A DNA stretch of 64,000 nucleotides, from the NCBI RefSeq assembly GCF_902652985.1, contig NC_047022.1:30659465-30723464 (forward strand), in the 5' to 3' direction. A program made the position numbers and the translations under genes. Within the stretch, counting starts at the first letter, position 1; every line of letters begins with the position of its first letter. Under the pieces are notes generated by a model that was given only the letters and a program-made list of their open reading frames with translations, was not told where the DNA came from and ran no database searches. Shown here piece after piece: positions 48,204 to 60,452 of the stretch. Origin of the DNA: Pecten maximus. Lineage: Eukaryota.

Positions 48204-49480
48204 CTGTTTAAAAAATCACATCAACAGATTTCTGTATGTTAACAATCTGCTATGTTTATTACTTTTGAGAGAGCTACATTCATGCAGTAATATTGAAAAA
48301 AATATAACTTTTAAGTTTTAAGTTTGTAAAATTGAAGAAACAATAGAATTCATGCATTTACATGAACACCAATATCTAAACTAATGATAATTTCCATTAA
48401 TTACCTTAGGTAAACATACTTTTGACAACATATAAGAATTAAAAAGTTTGATAAGACAGCTTAATAAGTGAGTTCTGATAAACAATTCTCAGAAATACAA
48501 GGTAATCTAAAGAACTGATAAAAAATATTTTGTATATATTTTTTTTCTTATTCTGACTGCTAATTATACCTGGTACCTTCTGAAGTTGAGTTACATTGGA
48601 CAATTTCAAATGAAAATTTTATTTCAACTAAGGGAGGGAGATGATCAGGAAGGGAAGAATTTTTTCTAGAGCAAATTACTGTATCTCCCCTTAGATTTTG
48701 TTTATTTGAGTCGCATGCAAAGTGTGTTGCTCAGTAGAAAATGTCGCTCACTCACTTTTCTCCCCCATCAGATTTAAAAATAGTTTGAAAGTATGTTTTG
48801 TGCAATTGAGAACTTTACATAAAAAGATTGTGAAGGATTATCTAATGACTTGTGTATAATTTCCTTATTAGTGCAGTACTGGTAAAAAGTAATTATACTC
48901 CCTATGAAATTAGGACAGTCTAAATATATTATTTTTTGTCTTCAGTCTCATGGCCCACACTCACCCAAAAAAACAAAAAGAAAACCGGAAAATGTAGCAA
49001 TTTGTAAACGTACAGTGGTACCTCTATATACTACCTCTTGTATGCATCTGTTTTTCTTGTTCACTGATGTTTTTCAAAGATAAATTACTCTCTCTCAATG
49101 ACCACCCCTCTCAGTGCTTATATCAAAACCAAAAAATATAATAATGATTAAAAATAAGTAATCTCTGAAGACATGCATGTAACAGATTTCTGATTTTCCA
49201 GTAAACTGAAGAGATATACAATATGAAGTTAAAGTTTATTTTGTTTGATGTACTATTAACAGCCAGGGTCATGTAAGAGTGTGCCATGTTTACGGGGTGG
49301 AGGAAAGCCAGAGAACCCTGGGAAAAACCAACGGCCTATGGCCAGTACCAGGCAACATGGGTTTCAAATTCCTGACCCAGAGATGGAAGGCTGGTGATAT
49401 ATAGCCACTTTAGCCCCATGAAATTTAGTCTAAAGAATAAAGATATGATGTGTTTGACAGTATTATCTATCTGTCTGTAC

Positions 49481-49582
49481 CTTTTTCTGTGCCAATGACC
49501 CGGCCTGGGAGTACAGTCTGAAAGGAAGGTCAACATCAGATTGGCTGGCATGTATCTCCAGGAGCTGGACAGACTCTTTTGA
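49481..49582 (-). CDS. PARP4: PARP4-like exon 4 (SKESVQLLEIHASQSDVDLPFRLYSQAGSLAQKK)
   Basis: Matches human PARP4 ..EAVVVELQCSRDSRDCPFLISSHFLLDDG. The acceptor is ctatttttcag| and the donor is AAG|gtacag. Confidence 0.6.
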
Positions 49583-50191
49583 CTGAAAAATAGCACATAT
49601 AAAATACTTTAATTAGATTATGAACCTTAGGAACATTGTCTTCAGGCTATGTAACATGTGATATATTTGTAATAACCTATATAATGTGAATTGCGTGAAG
49701 CACTTTTGTAAGGCTAAGCAAGATATGAAACACATTTATTATGGGCAATGGGAAACTTTTTATATTATGCTACATAGAACAGAAGGTTCCATGCACTCAT
49801 TTCTTGTTAGAACTATTTAAGATATTGTCCTCATAATCCAACATTTACCTTCAAAACATTTATTTCTCTGCAAATGTAGTATTACCTGGTACCCCAAATA
49901 TCATCATCTGAGTTGGCATGTAAAATAAATCCTTACACTTTTCACTTTTAAACATGAAATATAAATCTAACTATGTCATTCTCCAAACAGGAACTACGAA
50001 GTATGCTCTCAGCAGAGGTATTTGATCTTGAGTTACCATATTGAAATGATGACAACATTCTTTAATTTCTCCTATGTACAGGTCACAGGAGAAATCTCAC
50101 AATTTTTTCTATATTAAGTGGCTATGATTACCCACTTATATTCAGTAGGCTTTATATGTTTATTAAGATATTACCAGTAGTTACCAATCTA

Positions 50192-53100
50192 GGATACAAG
50201 TGGGGATTTCTGCGGATAAAACTGAGGATTTCTGAGGATAGAAGTGGGGATTTATGAGGATACAACTGGGGATTTTTCAAGGATACAACTGGGGATTTAT
50301 GACGATACAACTGGCGATTTATGAGGAAACAACTGGGGATTTCTGAGGATACAACTGGCAATTTATGACGATACAACCGGGGATTTATGAGGATACAACT
50401 GGCGATTTATGAGGATACAACTGGGGATTTCTAAGGATACAACTGGGGATTTATGAGGATACAATTGGGGATTTCTGAGGATACAACTGGCGATTTATGA
50501 GGATACAACTGGGGATTTATGAGGATACAACTGGCGATTTCTGACGATACAACTGGGGATTTATGAGGATACAACTGGCGATTTCTGACGATACAACTGG
50601 GGATTTATGAGGATACAACTGGAGATTTCTAAGGATACAACTGGCGATTTATGAGGATACAACTGGCGATTTCTAAGGATACAACTGGCAATTTATGACG
50701 ATACAACCGGGGATTTATGAGGATACAACCGGCGATTTATGAGGATACAACTGGGGATTTATGAGGATACAACTGGGGATTTATGAGGATACAACTGGGG
50801 ATTTATGAGGATACAACTGGGGATTTATGAGGATACAACTGGGGATTTCTGAGGATACAACTGGGGATTTCTGAGGATACAACTGGGGATTTATGAGGAT
50901 ACAAGTGGGGATTTATGAGGATACAACTGGCGATTTATGAGGATACAACTGGCGATTTCTAAGGATACAAGTGGGGATTTCTAAGGATACAACTGGGGAT
51001 TTCAAAGGATACAAGTGGGGATTTCTGAGGATACAACTGGCGATTTATGAGGATACAACTGGCGATTTATGAGGATACAACTGGCGATTTATGAGGATAC
51101 AACTGGTGATTTATGAGGATACAACTGGCGATTTCTGAGGATACAACTGGGGATTTATGAGGATACAATTGGCGATTTCTGACGATACAATTGGGGATTT
51201 CTGAGGATACAACTGGCGATTTATGAGGATACAACTGGGGATTTATGAGGATACAACTGGCGATTTCTGACGATACAACTGGGGATTTATGAGGATACAA
51301 CTGGGGATTTATGACGATACAACTGGGGATTTATGAGGATACAACTGGAGATTTATGAGGATACAACTGGGGATTTCTAAGGATACAACTGGGGATTTCT
51401 GAAGATACAATTGGGGATTTCTGAGGATACAACTGGGTGGGGATTTATGAGGATACATGTGGGAATTTCTGAGGATACAATTAGGGATTTATGAGGATAC
51501 AATTGGGGATTTCTGAGGATACAACTGGCGATTTATGAGGATACAACTGGCAATTCATGACGATACAACCGGGGATTTATGACAATACAACTGGCGATTT
51601 ATGACGATACAACTGGGGATTTCTGAGGATACAACTGGCAATTTATGACGATACAACCGGGGATTTATGAGGATACAACTGGCGATTTATGAGGATACAA
51701 CTGGGGATTTCTAAGGATACAACTGGGGATTTATGAGGATACAATTGGCGATTTCTGAGGATACAACTGGCGATTTATGAGGATACAACTGGGGATTTAT
51801 GAGGATACAATTGGGGATTTCTGAGGATACAACTGGCGATTTATGAGGATACAACTGGGGATTTATGAGGATACAACTGGCGATTTCTGACGATACAACT
51901 GGGGATTTATGAGGATACAACTGGCGATTTCTGACGATACAACTGGGGATTTATGAGGATACAACTGGAGATTTCTAAGGATACAACTGGCGATTTATGA
52001 GGATACAACTGGCGATTTCTAAGGATACAACTGGCAATTTATGACGATACAACCGGGGATTTATGAGGATACAACCGGCGATTTATGAGGATACAACTGG
52101 GGATTTATGAGGATACAACTGGGGATTTATGAGGATACAACTGGGGATTTATGAGGATACAACTGGGGATTTCTGAGGATACAACTGGGGATTTATGAGG
52201 ATACAAGTGGGGATTTATGAGGATACAACTGGCGATTTCTAAGGATACAAGTGGGGATTTCTGAGGATACAACTGGGGATTTCAAAGGATACAAGTGGGG
52301 ATTTCTGAGGATACAACTGGGGATTTCTGAGGATACAACTGGGGATTTATGAGGATACAACTGGCGATTTATGAGGATACAACTGGTGATTTATGAGGAT
52401 ACAACTGGGGATTTATGAGGATACAACTGGCGATTTCTGAGGATACAACTGGGGATTTATGAGGATACAATTGGCGATTTCTGACGATACAATTGGCGAT
52501 TTCTGAGGATACAACTGGCGATTTATGAGGATACAACTGGGGATTTATGAGGATACAACTGGCGATTTCTGACGATACAACTGGGGATTTATGAGGATAC
52601 AACTGGGGATTTATGACGATACAACTGGCGATTTATGAGGATACAACTGGAGATTTATGAGGATACAACTGGGGATTTCTAAGGATACAACTGGGGATTT
52701 CTGAAGATACAATTGGGGATTTCTGAGGATACAACTGGGGATTTATGAGGATACATGTGGGAATTTCTGAGGATACAATTAGGGATTTATGAGGATACAA
52801 TTGGGGATTTCTGAGGATACAACTGGGGATTTATGAGGATACAACTGGGGATTTATGAGGATACAACTGGGGATTTCTGAGGATACAACTGGGGATTTAT
52901 GAGGATACAAGTGGGGATTTATGAGGATACAAGTGGGGATTTATGAGGATACAACTGGCGATTTCTAAGGATACAAGTGGGGATTTCAAAGGATACAAGT
53001 GGGGATTTCTGAGGATACAACTGGGGATTTCTGAGGATACAACTGGGGATTTATGAGGATACAACTGGCGATTTATGAGGATACAACTGGTGATTTATGA

Positions 53101-53650
53101 GGATACAACTGGGGATTTATGAGGATACAACTGGCGATTTCTGAGGATACAACTGGGGATTTATGAGGATACAATTGGCGATTTCTGACGATACAATTGG
53201 CGATTTCTGAGGATACAACTGGCGATTTATGAGGATACAACTGGGGATTTATGAGGATACAACTGGCGATTTCTGACGATACAACTGGGGATTTATGAGG
53301 ATACAACTGGGGATTTATGACGATACAACTGGCGATTTATGAGGATACAACTGGAGATTTATGAGGATACAACTGGGGATTTCTAAGGATACAACTGGGG
53401 ATTTCTGAAGATACAATTGGGGATTTCTGAGGATACAACTGGGGATTTATGAGGATACATGTGGGAATTTCTGAGGATACAATTAGGGATTTATGAGGAT
53501 ACAATTGGGGATTTCTGAGGATACATGTGGGAATTTCTGAGGATAGAAGTGTGAATTTCTGAGGATACATGTGGGAATTTCTGAGGATACAATTAGGGAT
53601 TTATGAGGATACAAGTGGGAGTTTCTGAAGGTACAAGTGGAGATTTCTGA
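50192..53650. repeat. Satellite array, 22-bp monomer (gaggatacaactggggatttat; variants ctggcgatttctgac, ttggggatttctgag, gtggggatttatgag) x ~157
   Basis: Direct tandem repetition. The 66-nt (3-monomer) periodicity gives many minus-strand track ORFs of 69-80 aa (YPHKSPVVSSEIASCILINPQL..), which are artefacts. Confidence 0.9.
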
Positions 53651-53789
53651 CTTTCCTGTAAACTGGACCTTGAACCTAAGGGGATTATATCTGATGGTAA
53701 TGCACTTACAGACAAAATTGTTCATATCATTCAGTCATCAAAGTATACTATCTAATGATAATTCCTACATACTGTCAGCGTTGACCTAC

Positions 53790-53933
53790 TTTTAACACAG
53801 CCCATTTGGCTACAGCATATTCTTCCTCATTAAACTCGGGGCTATCTGGGTCTCCGAGAGGCCAGCACTCTGCAATGTTCAAGTTTAGATGGATTTTCCG
53901 TCTCTTCTTTCTTATCAATCCCTGCTGCTTGTC
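53790..53933 (-). CDS. PARP4: PARP4-like exon 3 (DKQQGLIRKKRRKIHLNLNIAECWPLGDPDSPEFNEEEYAVAKWAVLK)
   Basis: Matches human PARP4 ..LPQDFEVAKYNTLEKV. The acceptor is tttctttcttacag| and the donor is |gtaggt. Coordinates are +/- 1: the printed sequence has gttccaag near 53880 where the ORF-track translation implies gttcaag. Confidence 0.6.
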
Positions 53934-54816
53934 TGTAAGAAAGAAAAGATAATGATCAGTAACAGCGAGGCCTATAGTCTCAAACAAAGGTCACATAGCT
54001 ATAACGAGGTCAGAGTTCAAACAAAGGCTTGATGCATACACCAAGACAAGAGTCAAAATAACAGTTAAACAGTTACAGTGAAGCCTATAATCTCATTAAC
54101 AAAGGTCAGGTAGTTGTAACAAAGTCAAAGTTTTGATAAAGTTTGATAGATGCAGAGGGGTCAGAGTTCAGACAAAGGTCAGATAGCTGTGGAAGGTCAG
54201 AGTTTAAATACTGTAGGTTTCACAGGGAGGTCAAAGTTCACAAAAGGTCAGAAAGTTATAACAAGTCATAGTTTAAAGCTTGATAGAAGTAGAGGGGTCA
54301 GACTTCAAACAAAGGTCAGTTGTTTATAACAAGGTCAGAGATTTAACAAGGTTTGATAGTAAAGGTGGTCAAAGTTCAAACAAAGGTCAGATATCTATAG
54401 CAAGGTAAGAGTTCAAACAAAGGTTCTGTAGTTATACCGATATAAAGAGTTCAACTCAATGTCAAATAATGAGGTTAAACAAATATGAAAAAGATGTTGT
54501 TTCAATAAAGCTGTACTAGAACATGGACGAAAGTAGAACAAATTTCAGATGATACATAAACTTAGTTATCACAACAATCATCTGGAATCAAACTACAAAC
54601 TGTAGCTTATATATACAGTGGACTATTTTGTTTGCTTCATTAGTTTGTTATTGCACCAAATGAAGTCGCAAGTATTTCTGTATGTTGATTGGAACTTGCT
54701 ACCATGGAAGCAATTGATAAAGCCTTACTACACAGAAATACATAAAAGCAAGAAAACCCAAGTCAATATGAGGTTGATAGGATGATTGAGGACCCATAAG
54801 TAAAACATTGATTTAC

Positions 54817-55021
54817 CAGTGCTCAATATTTTTCCTTTCTGAAAGTTCTTGCCATCCATGGCCTCTCCAGCCAGGTATGGAGTCATGGAGAGCCTCTGGC
54901 TTTGCTGCAGACTGTCATCAATAAATTCTGCCCTCAACACAGGCACTCCAGAGCGTCTTGCCTGTCGAACCTTGTATGTAGTCTTCTCCAACATATCGTT
55001 AAACAAAACCAAACAGGATAC
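54817..55021 (-). CDS. PARP4: PARP4-like exon 2 (VSCLVLFNDMLEKTTYKVRQARRSGVPVLRAEFIDDSLQQSQRLSMTPYLAGEAMDGKNFQKGKILST), BRCT
   Basis: Matches human PARP4 ..CTHIILDNADVLSQYQLNSIQKNHVHIANPDFIWKSIREKRLLDVKNY. The acceptor is ttttgccttcag| and the donor is ACTG|gtaaat (phase 1). Confidence 0.7.
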
Positions 55022-55609
55022 CTGAAGGCAAAACACAATGGAGTTGTAACAAGGGAAAATAATAATAAATGAAGAATAAGAAACATTATTTGTGTCATAA
55101 TTATTTGATATTAAACAAAAGTAATTATATTTGATGCATGATTTGATTTATAATTATTTGATATTAATCAAAAGTAAAATTTAAGTTTATATAAAACACA
55201 AATTGGAAAAAATGCAATGAAATATGACTTGAAATTAAAGAACGATGGATTACCACAAGCCTTACACTACTAGTGTAAATTAACATTTCACTATCAAATA
55301 TACATGTGTACTAAAGTGGAGCTTCTAGGTCTTTCCAACACCTACCTACTAACACATACAAAAATAGAACTAGCAATCATTGGCACCAAAAGTGAAATGC
55401 AAGCTATATTTATGCTGTGGACATGTAGTATAGCTAGTTGTTATTTTTCCCCTACATGACTCTGCCTATTGTCACAGGTAGGTTTTGCCAAATGTATAGT
55501 CTGAGTGTTCTGTCACTGTTGTGGAATCAATAATCAATGTATGGTTATTTTTAGTTGTATTTACAAAGAAAACATCCTAAGGAGAAGTCTATGTCTTGTT
55601 TACCAAAGA

Positions 55610-57242
55610 TATACAAGAGATCCCAGAGGGATCTTGGCGCCCACCATTGAATGATCTTTATAGGTTCCATGTCAGATGGAACTTTTCTCTACTTTTCCCT
55701 TCCTCTAAGTCTTACTAATCTGTGTAAATTCAGAAACAGCCCTCTAGTACTTTTCAAACAAGGGGAACCTACATATAAAATTTAAGATTTAGCAATAATG
55801 GCCGTCTGTCGGCCATGTTGTTTTCGGATTGGTCCCAAAATGCAACACCAGGGACCAAGGGGAACCTACATATGAAATTTGAGAAAGATCCCTTCAGTAC
55901 CTTCTGTAAAATAGCGATAACAAACTTCAATTGTCAAAATACAAGATGGCTGCCTGTTGGCCAGGTTGTTTTCTGACTGGTCTCAAAATGCAATATGCAT
56001 AACTAGGCACCAAGGGAAACCTACATATGAAATTTGAGAAAGATCCCTTCATTACTTTCTGAGAAATAGCGATAACAAACTTCAGTTGTCAAAATCCAAG
56101 ATGGCTGCCTGTCGGCCATGTTATTTTCCGATTGGTCTCAAAATGCGATATGCATAACTAGGCACCAAGGGGAACCTACATATGAAATTTGAGAAAGATC
56201 CCTTCAGTACTTTCTGAGAAATAGCGATAACAAACTTCAATTGTCAAAATCCAAGATGGCTGCCTGTCGGCCATGTTGTTTTCCGATTGGTCTCAAAATG
56301 CAATATGCATAACTAGGCACCAAAGGGAACCTACATATGAAATTTGAGAAAGATCCCTTCAGCACTTTCTGAGAAATAGCGATAACAAACTTCAATTGTC
56401 AAAATCCAAGATGGCTGCCTGTCGGCCATGTTGTTTTCGATAGGTCTCAAAATGTGATATGCATAACTAGTCACCAAGGGGAACCTACATATAAAATTTG
56501 AGAAAGATCCCTTCAGCACTTTCTGGGAAATAGCGATAACAAACTTCAATTGTCAAAATCCAAGATGGCTGCCTGTCGGCCATGTTGTTTTCCAATAGGT
56601 CTCAAAATGCTTTATGCATAATTAGGCACCAAGGGGAACCCTACATATGAAATTTGAGAAAGATCTCCTCAGTGCATTCTGAGAAATAGCGATAACAAAC
56701 TTCAATTGTCAAAATCCAAGATGGCTGCCTGTCGGCCATGTTGTTTTCCGATTGGTCTCAAAATGCGATATGCATAACTAGGCACCAAGGGGAACCTACA
56801 TATGAAATTTGAGAAAGATCCCTTTCAGTACTTTCTGAGAAATAGCGATAACAAACTTCAGTTGTCAAAATCCAAGATGGCTGCCTGTCGGCCATGTTGT
56901 TTTCTGATTGGTCTCAAAATGCAATATGCATAACTAGGCACCAAGGGAACCTACATATGAAATTTGAGAAAGATCCTTTCAGTACTTTCTGAGAAATAGC
57001 GATAACAAACTTCAATTGTCAAAATCCAAGATGGCTGCCTGTCGGCCATGTTGTTTTCCGATAGGTCTCAAAATGCGATATGCATAACTAGGCACCAAGG
57101 GGAACCTACATATGAAATTTGAGAAAGATCCCTTCAGCACTTTCTGAGAAATAGTGATAACAAGAATTGTTTACGGACGGACGGACGGACGACGGACCAC
57201 GGACGCAGGGCGATTTGAATAGCCCACCATCATGCTAAAAAA
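55610..57242 (+). mobile_element. HINE/pearl-like element, subfamily C (~8 units of ~180 bp) in PARP4-like intron 1
   Basis: The head atacaagagatcccagagggatcttggcgcccac has the palindrome gatccc-agag-ggatc. The units contain ..ggaacctacatatgaaatttgagaaagatccc..caaaatccaagatggctgcctgtcggccatgttgttttc... The tail is gtttacggacggacggacggacgacggaccacggacgcagggcgatttgaatagcccaccatcatgctaaaaaa. Confidence 0.65.
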
Positions 57243-57728
57243 TACTTATGATTTTTACTACTAATTTGCATTTATGTAAATATGGCACCATCCCCTGGAT
57301 ACCCATCTTATTGCTTTTTTTTTCAATACCAGTTAAGCATGTCACTATCTAACAAATTTTGATTCAGTCTGCGAAAAATCTGAAAGTCACATGAAATAAG
57401 TTACAATATAGTGGCATGGTATTTTCTAGAGTGGGTTTTTCATGAAAACCAAAATCCCTTATCTGTGCTCCAATAAACACTAAAACTGAAAAGGAAACTT
57501 TCAGAATATTATATGACAAATGTCATTTTGTGAGATGTCTTAATATTTAACTTAATGCAAGTCAGAATGAACCCTACAATGCATATAAGATACATACTGC
57601 AAAATTACATATGCATGCGAAAATGCTAGATACAATGTAATTGTGTGTCCCCTCTTTGAAAGGGATTCCCATCCTGTTGTTGACAAAGTACACATCCAGC
57701 TATTGCAGAAGTACAGCACATACTCTAC

Positions 57729-57863
57729 CTTCTTTGTTATTATATAAGACACAGTTCCGCCATTTTCTGTAATCTTCTTTCGCCACCTGGCTTTTTCCTT
57801 GAATGGCATCATGGAGTTGAACTCCAGCACAACAGTCAGACGTCGGAAGATGAAGGAATTCAT
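57729..57863 (-). CDS. PARP4: PARP4-like exon 1 with start codon (MNSFIFRRLTVVLEFNSMMPFKEKARWRKKITENGGTVSYIITKK), BRCT N-terminus
   Basis: The start is ATG at 57863-57861. The peptide matches human PARP4 MVMGIFANCIFCLKVKYLPQQQKKKLQTDIKENGGKF. The donor is AAG|gtagag. Confidence 0.6.
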
Positions 57864-59619
57864 GGTTTTCTTTTCTAAAGGATTTTCTAGATGGTGAAAA
57901 TGGAAAAGAAAGCAACATTAACATTTGAAATTAATAATTTCATCTAGAAGTCATCTGAACAGTTTTGTGAAAACCAGAAACAGGTTCTACAACATATTAG
58001 ACAGGTTGCGAAAATCACCAACTTGCATATAATATGCAAACTTGTGTATAATACGCCACTTGGAGTATGGATTTATTACTAAAAATTGTCAAAATCGTTA
58101 ATTTTGCAATATACTATTTAAAGGTACATTAAATTACAACAAGGTAAATAATATGTTACTTAAATTTACAACAAGGTAAATAATATGTTACTTTAAATTA
58201 TTTTAAGTGATTTTGGCTATTTCTAGTGACAAAACTAAACCTCAATTGTGGTATAATAGGCAAGTTTGCGTATTCTACAAAAGTTGGTGGTGTTGTCTAT
58301 GTCTATATGGTACTCGCCAACTTCAACAATTTGAAGGAGAACTGCCAGAGGGGAGTGAAAATGGAGAAAGTTTTTTGTTTGTTTTTTTCGGCATAGCCGT
58401 ATAATTTTCTTTTGGCCCCGGATATGACGCGACAGGTGGCGTTACTGGTCAAGATGAAGTATGTGATTGGTCAATGTAGCGGTAAATGCAAAATGCAGAT
58501 ATGCAGTTAAAGACGAAACAAAATTAAGATTGAATGCAAGCTGAATAAGTGGATGTATCCATTCAAATGACACATTAATAAAATCATATTCCTGATTAAA
58601 TGCAGTCTTATTATCACCAAAAATGATTCAAACTGATATAATTTTGTTATCCGTGCTGAAACGCATTTATTAATTAGTTCGTTAATTTATTTCACCAGCA
58701 GTTTTACATTATAACCACCAGCATTAAAACTATGCCGTTTCTCTTTTTTAAAGATATTTCTTGTTTTAAAATAATTTTTTCTATGTAAATTAAGATAACT
58801 AAGCTTGATAAAATATTTGACTCTACATGGTGATGGCATAATGGCAGTAGATGGCTGATTTAAATGAGTCTGGTGGGACAGGAGAGGTTTTCCCAAACCT
58901 GTTCGTGATATACATGTACAATGTACATGTAGAACTGAAACCGAAAGTTGTTCAAATTATATAATATATTATATCGTATAGATCTATATATATTATAGGC
59001 AAACTCATTTATTAGTTTACGTGTTAATAAAAACAACCCTAAATATGCATTTCTAAACCGACGTTTGACATACGTTCACAATGCTACGGGCTTACAATGT
59101 AATTAAGATCTATCATGTACCTTGAACTTCCGTGGGTGGGTCTTTTTGTTTTGGAAGATAGTTATTCTTCCATTTCGGCCAAGTAACCTGCAGGACATCG
59201 CGTTTGTCAACGTCTATCATCTTTTCAGGTGGTCGAGGTACCCTCACACTATTCGATAAAATATCAGCATGGTGTTGTCAGTGCCGGACATGAAGCAATC
59301 TAGCTTACTTAAGCTAAATTCATGTATACATAGAATTGACACAAGCAAACACATGCAGACAGCACCGGATATAATAACAAAACATACTGCCACCTAGCGA
59401 TGGAAAAAGTATCGGGATTGTCTCCCCTAGACCATGGATTGGCCTATCCTCATTAACAACGTTTAGTATGTAATAAAATCAGAGACCTATATTAGTATAT
59501 AGGTCTCTGATAAAATGAGGAATTAAAAAAAAAATGCAACTCAATCTTTAAGCAATTCACATTAAACATTTCTAGCAAAAAGCATTTCGAATTTAAAATG
59601 GAAAATTTACTATTTATTT

Positions 59620-59800
59620 TACAAGTTGGGCCCGGATGGAAGCGCGCGGGGGTTTTACAGTGGGAAGAAACCAGAATACCCGGGGAAACCCAAGTGGTCG
59701 GGCAGGTGACCCCATACCTTTTCACGTCCGATCGGGGAATTGAACCCCGGCCGCCTTGGTGAAAGGCAAGTGTGTTAATTACCACTGTGCCACCCGACCA
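59620..59800 (-). mobile_element. tRNA-derived SINE-like element (tRNA-like head with A and B boxes, not a functional tRNA)
   Basis: The minus strand reads ..ggtggcacagtggtaattaacac.. (A-box like TGGCNNAGTGG) and ..ggccggggttcaattccccgatcgg.. (B-box GGTTCAATTCC). No acceptor-stem pairing was found. Confidence 0.45.
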
Positions 59801-60210
59801 CCCAGCTATTTCACATTTATCAGTAAACATTTGGCATACTGAAGCATTTCACATTTAGCTGTAAACAATTAGCATCAAGCATTTCGCATTTAGCAGTTAA
59901 CATTTAGCTTAAAGCATTTCGCATATAGCATTTCGTACTGGCTTTCCATTATAGGAATACGACAAATGTAGTTACGTTAACGTTGGAGGTAGTATTTAGA
60001 CCTTATACTGAACCAGCCGGCTGTACTTTTGCACTTGATGTATTAATTAAACATCACGAGATACACGTTATAGCCCGTGATTCCTCTGATCATCTAGAGC
60101 CAGAGGAACTCAGGCTAGATACACGTGTGCCCAGTTATAACATTACGTAGATCTGTTCAGTATGTATATGTAGAGTATGACCTTAACATATACTACTAAC
60201 CGTACATGTA

Positions 60211-60452
60211 TGGCGCGGGAAGGATGTCACAATTAAATATTTTTGCCTAGGCAAAAATCGAATATTGCTTAGGCAAAAATATTTCTGCCTAGGCAATATT
60301 CGATTTTTGCCTAGGCAAAATTGATTTTGTTTCGATAATTGCCTAGGCAAAAATCGAATTTTGCCTAAGAAGAAATCGAATTTTACCTAAGCAAAATTAT
60401 TTTTGCATAATTTTAAGCAAAAATATTTAATTATGACATCCTTCCCACGCCA
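60211..60452. mobile_element. Small MITE with ~37-bp TIRs and an internal array of perfect palindromes tttttgcctaggcaaaaa
   Basis: The left end is tggcgcgggaaggatgtcacaattaaatatttttgcc. The right end is ggcaaaaatatttaattatgacatccttcccacgcca, its reverse complement (35 of 37). The flanks are ..atgTA and TAtac.. (TA TSD). Five or more internal copies of ttgcctaggcaaaa(a)t(c/a)gaat are present. Confidence 0.6.

Noticed and set aside
50152-53725. Nine track ORFs (69-80 aa) with repeated YPHKSPVVSSEIASCILINPQL peptides
   Set aside because: They lie entirely within the 22-bp satellite. Openness results from the 66-nt super-period, and there is no start context or splice evidence.
59620-59800. Possible genuine tRNA gene
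   Set aside because: No complementary 5'/3' acceptor stem or clear anticodon arm could be formed. A SINE interpretation is preferred.
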